A stretch of 64,000 nucleotides of DNA from Planctomycetota bacterium. Its GTDB lineage: Bacteria > Planctomycetota > GCA-002687715 > DRQF01. The stretch spans positions 38,607 through 102,606 of the forward strand of contig JAZGFI010000017.1 of the NCBI GenBank assembly GCA_036479435.1, written 5' to 3'. Shown in pieces: positions 53,218 to 61,291 of the stretch. Every line of letters starts with the position of its first letter. Position 1 is the stretch's first letter. The position numbers and the translations under genes were made by a program. The notes under the pieces are model-generated. The model had not been told where the DNA came from. It did no database searches and saw only the letters and a list, made by a program, of their open reading frames with translations.

Positions 53218-53251
53218 GCCGGCCCGGATCACTCCGGGTCGGTTTTTTTTT
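53218..53251 (+). terminator. Rho-independent terminator
   Basis: GCCGGCCCGGA-TCAC-TCCGGGTCGGT followed by a T-run. Confidence 0.8.
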
Positions 53252-53371
53252 GGCTAAGCCGCCCTTAGAGCTCCGCCTCGGTTGCCGTGACCGGCCCATG
53301 CTTTAAGATCCGCCGAGTTGACCAAGGTGGTCGAATGGCCTTTTGCTCGTTTTTCTCCGCAGGATCTGCCC

Positions 53372-55093
53372 ATGCCACGTCTTTTACTCTTTGCGGCTTT
53401 GGCCTTAGCTTTTGCTGTTTCGCCAGCCTTCGCTGCGACCGCTTCGCCAGCCCTTGGGGCGGGGTCAGAATCGTCAGCCAGCCTCCAACAGGGCGATGCC
53501 GAGATGCAAGCGGCCGAGGAGCCGAAACCTGGGGCCGAGGAGCCCGAAAAGGAAGAAGAACCCGGCCTGTTTCGAAGTCTCGAAAAAGACGTCGACCTGG
53601 TCATGGGCGATGTCAACGCCATCATGGACAAAGTCCTCTTTTTCGACCTCGTCTTTTGGGACGACGTCAAAGCGGACAAGTCGAGGGGTATCAAGGCTGA
53701 TTCCAAAATCAGGGTTCCCGCCATCGTCCTGTGGCTGATCGTCGGCGCGATTTTCTTCACGGTCTACATGGGCTTCATTAGCTTTCGCGGATTCGGTCAC
53801 GCCATCAGTGTGGTCCGCGGAAAGTATGACAACCCGAACGAAGTGGGCGAGGTCACCCACTTTCAGGCCTTGGCTTCGGCGCTTTCGGCGACGGTCGGGC
53901 TGGGGAACATCGCTGGCGTCGCCCTTGCGGTTACGGCTGGCGGACCGGGCGCGACATTTTGGATGATCGCCGCAGGCCTCCTCGGCATGTCGAGCAAGTT
54001 CACCGAGTGCACCTTGGGTCAAATGTATCGCGTCATCCAACCGGACGGTCACGTGTCCGGGGGGCCGATGCGCTACCTTGCCGATGGCCTCAAAGAACGC
54101 GGCTTGCCCACTTTTGGAAAGATACTTGCCTTCACTTTCGCCGGCCTTTGCATCATGGCGAGCTTCGGCGGCGGCAATATGTTCCAAGTTGTGCAGTCCA
54201 TGGGTGCTATCAAGTTCGCGGTCGGCAGTTACATGGATGTCGATCCGGCGAGCCTCGACAAATGGAATTGGATCTATGGGGCTTCGATGGCCTTGGTAGT
54301 CGGCATGGTCATCATTGGTGGCATCAAACGGATCGCGAGTACGGCCGAAAAGATTGTCCCGGCCATGTGCAGCGTCTACGTGCTGGCCTCACTCTTTATC
54401 TTGGTGACCAATTACACCGAGATTCCCCACGCCATCAGTTTGATCATCGGTGGCGCCTTTACCCCCAGTGCGGCCTACGGCGGCTTCATTGGAGTCTTAG
54501 TAATTGGTTTCCAACGCGCTGCGTTCTCGAACGAGGCGGGAGTCGGTTCGGCGGCGATTGCTCACTCTGCAGCCAAGACCGACGAACCCGTTCGCGAGGG
54601 CATTGTGGCTCTGCTCGAGCCCTTCATCGACACCGTGGTCGTTTGCACCATGACCGCCTTGGTGATCGTCATTACCGGAGCCTACGACAACCCTGACGAA
54701 GCCTACGTGGCGGCTCGCGAGACCAAAAACGGCGCCGGGCTCACATCGTTGGCGTTTGAGCAGGTAATCTCCTGGTTCCCCTTGCTGCTATCAGCCGCGG
54801 TGCTCTTGTTTGCTTTTTCGACCATGATCTCTTGGTCCTATTACGGCGAACGCTGTTGGACTTACGTCTTCGGGCCGCGGTCCTCGACGGCCTACAAAGT
54901 GGTCTTTTGTCTTTTCGTCTTCATCGGCGCCCTGGTTTCCGCGACCAATATTCTCGTCTTCAGCGACTCGATGATTTTGGCCATGGCCTTCCCGAACATC
55001 CTCGGGATCTACTTTTTGGTGCCAAAAGTCAAAGAGGCCTTGGGTGCCTACATGGACAAGTTGCGCTCGAACAGCTTCAAGACCTTTAAGTAG
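53372..55093 (+). CDS. Alanine/glycine:cation symporter (AGCS family)
   Basis: HFQAL, TVGLGNIAGVA, GGPGATFWM, GGPM, FSNEAGVGSAAIAH, EPFIDT, WSYYGE. Confidence 0.93.
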   Translation: MPRLLLFAALALAFAVSPAFAATASPALGAGSESSASLQQGDAEMQAAEEPKPGAEEPEKEEEPGLFRSLEKDVDLVMGDVNAIMDKVLFFDLVFWDDVKADKSRGIKADSKIRVPAIVLWLIVGAIFFTVYMGFISFRGFGHAISVVRGKYDNPNEVGEVTHFQALASALSATVGLGNIAGVALAVTAGGPGATFWMIAAGLLGMSSKFTECTLGQMYRVIQPDGHVSGGPMRYLADGLKERGLPTFGKILAFTFAGLCIMASFGGGNMFQVVQSMGAIKFAVGSYMDVDPASLDKWNWIYGASMALVVGMVIIGGIKRIASTAEKIVPAMCSVYVLASLFILVTNYTEIPHAISLIIGGAFTPSAAYGGFIGVLVIGFQRAAFSNEAGVGSAAIAHSAAKTDEPVREGIVALLEPFIDTVVVCTMTALVIVITGAYDNPDEAYVAARETKNGAGLTSLAFEQVISWFPLLLSAAVLLFAFSTMISWSYYGERCWTYVFGPRSSTAYKVVFCLFVFIGALVSATNILVFSDSMILAMAFPNILGIYFLVPKVKEALGAYMDKLRSNSFKTFK

Positions 55094-55111
55094 TTCACTC
55101 GCTTTCAAAAC

Positions 55112-55221
55112 ACGGCGCCCTTCGACCAGATCGCTGATCGAAGGGCGCCGTTTCTCTTTCTCCGCGTGACCAGGATAGTGAAGAGATGGCCTCTCCAGCT
55201 TAAAAGTCGGAGAGGCCATCT
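55112..55221. terminator. Two hairpins between convergent genes
   Basis: ACGGCGCCCTTCGA/TCGAAGGGCGCCGT plus T-rich tail (55112-55151); AGATGGCCTCTCC/GGAGAGGCCATCT (55184-55221). Confidence 0.65.
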
Positions 55222-55316
55222 GTCTATCATGAGTGGCGAAAGTAGGCTGAGATCAAGTTCTGGAATCCCTGAAGATCACTTGCCACTTGTCGACGGCCGT
55301 CTTTAGCTCCACGCTC

Positions 55317-57338
55317 TTAGAGTCGAATCTCGTGGGCGTCCGTGAGCATGGCGCTGGTGACCACGGTGGCGTTGGGATTGGGAAAGGAAACCGCTTGAAT
55401 GAAAAGACTGAGGCCAGCGAGTCCAGTTGGAACGCTAAAAAGTTCAGTGTTCTGACCGGGGAACAGCAGCTGAGTGAAGCCCAAGCTACCGCCAATCAAG
55501 TTGAAGGTCGGAAACGCAGGGTCATCGACATAGCTGTAGATCAGCGATCCATTCGGAACGACTCCGGTCGGGACCAGCTGCGCATAAATCCCGTAGTGAA
55601 TGAAGTCGGCTGCGCCGCCGGGTGATTCGACTTCCAGTGATAGCGCGTCACCGGGGTTGGCGAACTTGATGCTTGCACCCGGCCCCGTGGTCGGTGTTGA
55701 GTTGATTCCGGATCTGACAATAAAGTCCTCTTGGGTACCGCGATAGGGAACGCGAACCTCAAAGGGCAGAGTCGTTGACGAAACCGGCAAGGGACTCGGA
55801 CTTTGGACGTAGATGTCGACGTCGGTCGCCAAAATGCAAAGACTTGCGGCGACCGCCGCTTGGACGAGGGTGCCCGTTACGACGGTTGTCGGTAAAGCGA
55901 TGGCACTCATACCAAGTGGCTGCCAAAACACCGTGCTCCCGACGCAGAAGTTTGATCCAATCAAAGTCAAAGTAATCGAGGCTGAGCCTTCGATGACGAA
56001 GGCCTGAGAGAGCGTATTGAGGCCCGGGACACTGCAAATAACATCGAGACTCTGGAGATTTGAAACCAGGCCGCAAGCGGGGTTTTCTACACCGATGATG
56101 AGCGTTTGAGCGATGCTCGTGTCGTTAGTAGTCGGCAAGAAAGCGAGTTGAGTACTTGAGACAAAAGTGGTCGTGCGAGGACTGCCGTTGACCGTGACGA
56201 CGTAAGCTGAAGTAAAGCCTGAGCCGTTGACCGTAATGGCTGAAAGGCTGCCGACTAAGACCGGGGGGAAGGGGGAGATAGTGGCCGTGGGGGGAGCCAG
56301 AGAATTGACCGAAGCGTTCTGAGAATCTGAACCACCGCCGCCGCCAAGAACTGGGTTGGTTACGGTAACCGTGTAGATGTATCCAACCATCGGTGGCAGG
56401 GGAGCGGAAGAACTGGAAGGCAAGGGAATGACCATGGACGTAGGCGTTACCGACACCGGAGTTCTTAGAATGCCGTTGATCGTCACTACCGAGGAAGGTG
56501 TAAAGCCCGATCCCTGGATCGTGAGGGGCGATGAATCACAGGCCAACACCGTCGAGACGCTGTTAATGACGGGCACGGGTTGGGAAACTGCCGTCAGATT
56601 CAAACGAAAATTAGTGTTGATAGGAAGCCCATTGTTGAACACGGCGATCGCATGCCAGCCGGGTTTTAGCTGGATTGGTGCCGAGGGCGCGGAGCCAACC
56701 CCGCCCAAGATATTGGAGCTTCGGGCTCGCCAGGCTTGACTCGTGCCGGGATCGAAGACACGCCAGGCCAGCTGACTGACGTTACTGCCAGCGACTGGCT
56801 GGATCGAAACGACATAGTTTCGAGTTACCGGCAGGTCGAATTCGAACAGCCAGGCGACTTGATCGGGACCGAAGCTGCGATTGGCAGTTTGCCAGCCTTC
56901 TCCGGAGAAAATTGCGTTGGTGGGGAATGGCAGGCGCGTCGGCGCCACCTTAAGATAGGATGGGCCGTTGTTAGGCGCGCTGGAAACCAAATTGGTGTGT
57001 CCGGTATTGATCGAAATGTTTCCGAGACGGCCATTGGTGACGGCGAAATCGCACTGGCCATTGCCATTAACTGAAGAAATACCCCCGATGTTGAGGTCGC
57101 GATTCGGAAAGGGTGCCGTCCCGGATGGCGTCACCCCGACCAGGTTCCAACGCCCTTGGCAAGGAGTCAAGGAAAAGGGTGTGCAGATCATTGCGCTTGG
57201 AATCGTGTGGGCCGCACTGCCGTCTTGGCAACCGCCGATCGGAGCTAGTGGAACCACCGGGATTCCTCCGCATTGGGCAATCAGCGTCGGAGCGGCAGCG
57301 AGACAGAGGCACAAAGCAATTAGAAACTGGAGTTTCAT
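55317..57338 (-). CDS. Exported protein with three IPT/TIG-like domains and a distinct C-terminal beta domain
   Basis: GAGGA RBS; signal LIAQ; repeats LTIQGSGF, ITVNGSGF, LTLIGSNF. Confidence 0.75.
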   Translation of the reverse strand: MKLQFLIALCLCLAAAPTLIAQCGGIPVVPLAPIGGCQDGSAAHTIPSAMICTPFSLTPCQGRWNLVGVTPSGTAPFPNRDLNIGGISSVNGNGQCDFAVTNGRLGNISINTGHTNLVSSAPNNGPSYLKVAPTRLPFPTNAIFSGEGWQTANRSFGPDQVAWLFEFDLPVTRNYVVSIQPVAGSNVSQLAWRVFDPGTSQAWRARSSNILGGVGSAPSAPIQLKPGWHAIAVFNNGLPINTNFRLNLTAVSQPVPVINSVSTVLACDSSPLTIQGSGFTPSSVVTINGILRTPVSVTPTSMVIPLPSSSSAPLPPMVGYIYTVTVTNPVLGGGGGSDSQNASVNSLAPPTATISPFPPVLVGSLSAITVNGSGFTSAYVVTVNGSPRTTTFVSSTQLAFLPTTNDTSIAQTLIIGVENPACGLVSNLQSLDVICSVPGLNTLSQAFVIEGSASITLTLIGSNFCVGSTVFWQPLGMSAIALPTTVVTGTLVQAAVAASLCILATDVDIYVQSPSPLPVSSTTLPFEVRVPYRGTQEDFIVRSGINSTPTTGPGASIKFANPGDALSLEVESPGGAADFIHYGIYAQLVPTGVVPNGSLIYSYVDDPAFPTFNLIGGSLGFTQLLFPGQNTELFSVPTGLAGLSLFIQAVSFPNPNATVVTSAMLTDAHEIRL

Positions 57339-57456
57339 GATTTCCTCTAACTAGGGTTGATGAAGTGAATTGGCCCTTGTGGCGACTGTTCTCGCGCTGC
57401 GGTCGTGGGATTGGGGCCAAAAATCGCTCATTTGTTTTCGTGAGGTGAAAAAAACT

Positions 57457-58041
57457 GTGGCAACCATCACCGATCTCACGCTCCGCGTACGCGGGGGTGA
57501 TGACGAAGCCCGAGAAGAGCTTTCAAGGCGCCTCCTGAAAGTTGTCTCGTATTACGTCTGCTGTCGTTTGGGTTCGAACTTCTTGGCCGAGCAAGAGGAG
57601 ATCATTCAGGAGACAATGCTCGAGTTCTTGCGAGCCTTTGGTCGCTTTGATCGCAGCAAAGGAACTTTGGAGGCTTGGATAATCGGCTTTGCCAAGAACC
57701 TCATCGCAAGAACTTTGTCGAGGCCGCGATTCGCCGAGATCTCCGGCGATGTCCTAGGGAAAGAGCGGACGCCGTCCTCTGAGTTTCTAAATCGCGATGC
57801 CGTGGCAATGGTTCGGGCTGAAGTAAAAACGCTGTCGCCAGGCGAGCAGGAACTGGTCAGCGTCCATATCATGGATGAAGTCCCGCTGACGAAGTTAGCG
57901 CGCGAGTCGGGAAAGACTCGCGAGACCTTGCGTGTTCTGAAGTCGTCTTTGTTTCAGCGGATAGAAAAACTCGAAATTTGGTGTGAAGTCGCCGAGTCGC
58001 TGGGCATTAGAGGCTGGGAGCAAGATGAACGAGCGCAATGA
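57457..58041 (+). CDS. Divergent ECF sigma factor
   Basis: GDDEAREEL, EEIIQET, LEAWIIGFAKN, TPSS linker, LSPGEQELV region 4; GAGG RBS. Confidence 0.65.
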   Translation: MATITDLTLRVRGGDDEAREELSRRLLKVVSYYVCCRLGSNFLAEQEEIIQETMLEFLRAFGRFDRSKGTLEAWIIGFAKNLIARTLSRPRFAEISGDVLGKERTPSSEFLNRDAVAMVRAEVKTLSPGEQELVSVHIMDEVPLTKLARESGKTRETLRVLKSSLFQRIEKLEIWCEVAESLGIRGWEQDERAQ

Positions 58042-61000
58042 AACCCTCGACCGAGCGATAGTCAGTTACTTCGTTGCGAACAGGGAAGCTGAGTCTCTTG
58101 GTCGCGACTTCGTCCTTGAAGAATTCATCGCGCGTTTCGAAGAAAACCCAGAGATCGCATCTAATATTCGGCGCCTTCACGCTGAAGTGAACCAAAGAGA
58201 ATCGACGGGCGGCTTTCCCTCACGCATCGGCGACTTCGACATCGAAGCACAAGTTGGCCGAGGAGGGCAGGGCCTAGTCTTTCGAGCCAAAGACAACAAA
58301 CTCGGGCGCCTGGTAGCTCTCAAGATTCTGAATGGGAGCCGCGTTCAAGCTGTGAAACGGCTTTTTCGCGAGGCCCAAGTTCTAAGCTCGCTTTCCGGAC
58401 TCGGGTTTAGAGACGTCTACTCCCACGGCGTTTTCGCTGAAACCTCTTTTATCGCGATGGAGTGGCTGGAAGGGCATAGCCTGCGCGAGCACATGAATGC
58501 ATGGCGTGAGCGAGTTACGGGGATCAATCTCGCCCTTCCAGATGCGCCGTCGAGGTCCCTGGCGGCGCGTGATAAATTTTTGAAAGTGATGGCACAGGCC
58601 CTGCGGCTCATGGCCAAAGCTCATGGACGGCCCGAACCCATCATTCACCGTGACATCAAGCCCGGGAACATCTTTCTGCGCGAAGACGGCACTCCGGTCA
58701 TCATCGATTTTGGCATTGCAGTAGCTCCCAAGGAGGCGACGCAGCTCACTTACACCGGACAGCTAATCGGTTCGCTCCCTTCGATGGCGCCAGAACAGCT
58801 AAATAATTCTCCTTCAAGTCGCGGCATTGGCGTCGACATCTATGGCTTTGGCGCGACGATCTACGAAGGCCTCACCGGTTTTCCCATTTTCGAAGGCGAA
58901 GATCCCGAGGAACTCGCTAGTCAAATTCGGACTGAAATGCCGCGAAAGCCCTCCGAACTCAATGCGCAGTTGGGCTCTTTCGAAGACGCGGTTGTAATGC
59001 GTTGTTTGGCAAAAGAGCCGCAAGACCGCTACCGAAACCTCTCGGAATTGGCAGACGATCTCGACAGTCTCATTCAATCCAAAAAACCCCTGGCCGCAAG
59101 AGCTCGCCCGATAGAGCGCAGCTTGCGATTTGTGCGCCAACAGAGCCGACCACTCATCATTTTGGGCACGCTGGCCCTGCTGGTGACCGTCGGCTATTTG
59201 ACTCGGCAGCTCATGTCGGCAAGCGAAGACCAAAAAGACCTGCGGGAACGGGTGTTGTCAGAGCAGACTGATTCTGAAATTGAGCGAGGCTTCTTTGCGC
59301 TCACGACTCAGAATTTCCGATTAGCCGAGCGGCTGTTTTCAGTGGCCAGGATTGCTGAACCAGAACGCGTGGATATTCGGGTCGGGCAAGTCATGACTCT
59401 TGCGCGCTTAGGTCGCGAAGATGAAGCGCGGCGCTTGATTGAGGAAATGCCCGCGGGCAATGGCGTCGTTCTGAAGGGAGAACTCTTGTCTTTCCTTGAG
59501 GGTCTAAAGTCTCAGACTGCCAAAGGACTCGATCTGCCTACCTTGAGGGAACGGGCTTTTGAATCCGGAGAGAACGTCGATCTGGTGATGTTCGTTTTCG
59601 CCACGCGATGTTTGTTCCGCAAGGGCGGAACCACTCCGGTGGTGCAAGCCCGGCTGGCTTTGGACGCCGTGTTGTCCGGCATCAGATGGTCCAAGAGAAA
59701 AGACGCCATGTTGTATTTCGTCATGGCGCAATCCGCGGTGGAGGCCGGAGACCAATCCAGGGCCTTGGAGTGCGGTGCGATTCTCAAGTCGAGTTGGCCA
59801 GATTCCCAAGAAGCCTGGCACTATGCTGCCCTTTGTTTTGCGAAGTGGGATCCGCACCAATCACTCGAGATGTTCGAACGGATGGCCGGTGCCAACAATC
59901 TGCCTCAACCCATGCGAGAAAACCATATTGAGTTGATGACCATGTGTGAGCGTGGTGAAGAAGCCCTCGTTGCGGCCGACGAGCTTCTGGCCATCGAGGG
60001 CGTCGACCGTGCATCGGCTTTTCGCGTCAAGGCCAAGGTGCTTCGTTACCTCAAACGGCACCTAGAAGAGCGCGCCGCTTTGGAGGACTCGCTCCAGATC
60101 AAACCAGATCACCCCGATGTGCTGGCTTGGCTCGGCGATTCTTTTCGCAACGTTGAACCCAAGGAGCCAAGGCGCGCCATCGAATGTTATCGGCGAGCGC
60201 TCGAAGTTGATTCTCAACGAATGGAGACCTGGATTCATCTCGGGTCCTGCCTCCAGGATTCGAGGAAATACAAAGAGAGCGAGAGTTGTTTTATAGAGGC
60301 CCGAAATATCTCCCCCAAAAACGTTCAGGCCGCAGTCTGTCTGGGATATCTGTTTCGCCGAACCGGGCGGCCTAAGCAGGCGAAGAGCCTCTTCGAACAC
60401 TTGGTCGAAACTGCGGGTGATGACGAGCGGACCCACATTGGACTCGCAAATATTCAAATTGACTTGGGCGACATGGCGTCAGCGGCCCAAACGTACCGGA
60501 GAGGCCTCATCGATTCTCCGTCGTCCAGGCAAATCGCTCACAACGCTGCATGGGTTTTTCGGCAGACCCAACTGTGGTCGGAAGAGGTGGCCGCTCGCAA
60601 AGCGATCGAGAACCTTGGAGACAGCGGCCCGCAGCATCAAGCGCCCCTTGCCGCCGCCTTTCTGCGAGTCGGCGCTTTCGAAGAAGCGCTCCAGAAATTG
60701 GTCTCACTAAGAAAAATCCCCGGCATTCAACCGGCCCCCTACATCCTGGAAATGACGGCCTACGAAAAGAGTGGGCAAAGGGACTTGGCGATGGAATCCC
60801 GCAATAAAGTGCTGAGCAAGGTCCCCGCCGCTCCCAATGGGGCCATGTGTTGGCGGTTTTTGAAGGAGAATGTCGGAGTCGAGAGTCTCCAGGCCGACGC
60901 CTTTGTGAACCTCGGGAACTTGGCCGGGGATTCTGGCGACCCGGGGCCCATGCGAGCTCGTTGGTTGAAGTTCATGCTTGGGGCTCGGCAACCGGCGGCT

Positions 61001-61135
61001 CTCATCGCAGCCTGTTGCCGGGCTTTGTCGGCTCAGCAAGATGCAGCATCAACCAGAGCCCTCTCATTCCGAGATTCACTAAGAACCGCCTTGGGCATTT
61101 TGGTCTTGGCTTCTATTCCCCGATTCGGACTTTGA
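58025..61135 (+). CDS. Ser/Thr protein kinase with TM segment and TPR repeats
   Basis: GRGGQG, VALK, HRDIKPGN, DFG, APE; TM LIILGTLALLVTVGYL; TPR motifs; overlaps the sigma stop. Confidence 0.9.
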   Translation: MNERNETLDRAIVSYFVANREAESLGRDFVLEEFIARFEENPEIASNIRRLHAEVNQRESTGGFPSRIGDFDIEAQVGRGGQGLVFRAKDNKLGRLVALKILNGSRVQAVKRLFREAQVLSSLSGLGFRDVYSHGVFAETSFIAMEWLEGHSLREHMNAWRERVTGINLALPDAPSRSLAARDKFLKVMAQALRLMAKAHGRPEPIIHRDIKPGNIFLREDGTPVIIDFGIAVAPKEATQLTYTGQLIGSLPSMAPEQLNNSPSSRGIGVDIYGFGATIYEGLTGFPIFEGEDPEELASQIRTEMPRKPSELNAQLGSFEDAVVMRCLAKEPQDRYRNLSELADDLDSLIQSKKPLAARARPIERSLRFVRQQSRPLIILGTLALLVTVGYLTRQLMSASEDQKDLRERVLSEQTDSEIERGFFALTTQNFRLAERLFSVARIAEPERVDIRVGQVMTLARLGREDEARRLIEEMPAGNGVVLKGELLSFLEGLKSQTAKGLDLPTLRERAFESGENVDLVMFVFATRCLFRKGGTTPVVQARLALDAVLSGIRWSKRKDAMLYFVMAQSAVEAGDQSRALECGAILKSSWPDSQEAWHYAALCFAKWDPHQSLEMFERMAGANNLPQPMRENHIELMTMCERGEEALVAADELLAIEGVDRASAFRVKAKVLRYLKRHLEERAALEDSLQIKPDHPDVLAWLGDSFRNVEPKEPRRAIECYRRALEVDSQRMETWIHLGSCLQDSRKYKESESCFIEARNISPKNVQAAVCLGYLFRRTGRPKQAKSLFEHLVETAGDDERTHIGLANIQIDLGDMASAAQTYRRGLIDSPSSRQIAHNAAWVFRQTQLWSEEVAARKAIENLGDSGPQHQAPLAAAFLRVGAFEEALQKLVSLRKIPGIQPAPYILEMTAYEKSGQRDLAMESRNKVLSKVPAAPNGAMCWRFLKENVGVESLQADAFVNLGNLAGDSGDPGPMRARWLKFMLGARQPAALIAACCRALSAQQDAASTRALSFRDSLRTALGILVLASIPRFGL

Positions 61136-61230
61136 TCAATATTGAGACCTTGACTCAGCGCCATCTGAGGCTTATTCCGATGACCGCCGAATCAGCTGAG
61201 AACTCGCTGGGTTCCTGCCGACTTCGGCGA

Positions 61231-61258
61231 TTGACCCTTCTTTGGCCCGAGCTATGAT
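61231..61258 (+). promoter_or_regulatory. Putative sigma70 promoter
   Basis: TTGACC-16 bp-TATGAT upstream of GAGG RBS and ATG 61292. Confidence 0.5.
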
Positions 61259-61291
61259 CTTGAGACCTTCGGCCGTTCTCTGAGGAATTGC

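Noticed and set aside
52775..53299. Small ORFs over the tRNA-Ser region
   Set aside because: Spurious translations of tRNA genes.
53252..53371. Glycine riboswitch upstream of the Ala/Gly symporter
   Set aside because: No GGAGA...CCGAAG...CTCTCAGG aptamer motifs; only a possible TTGCCG-16-TAAGAT promoter.
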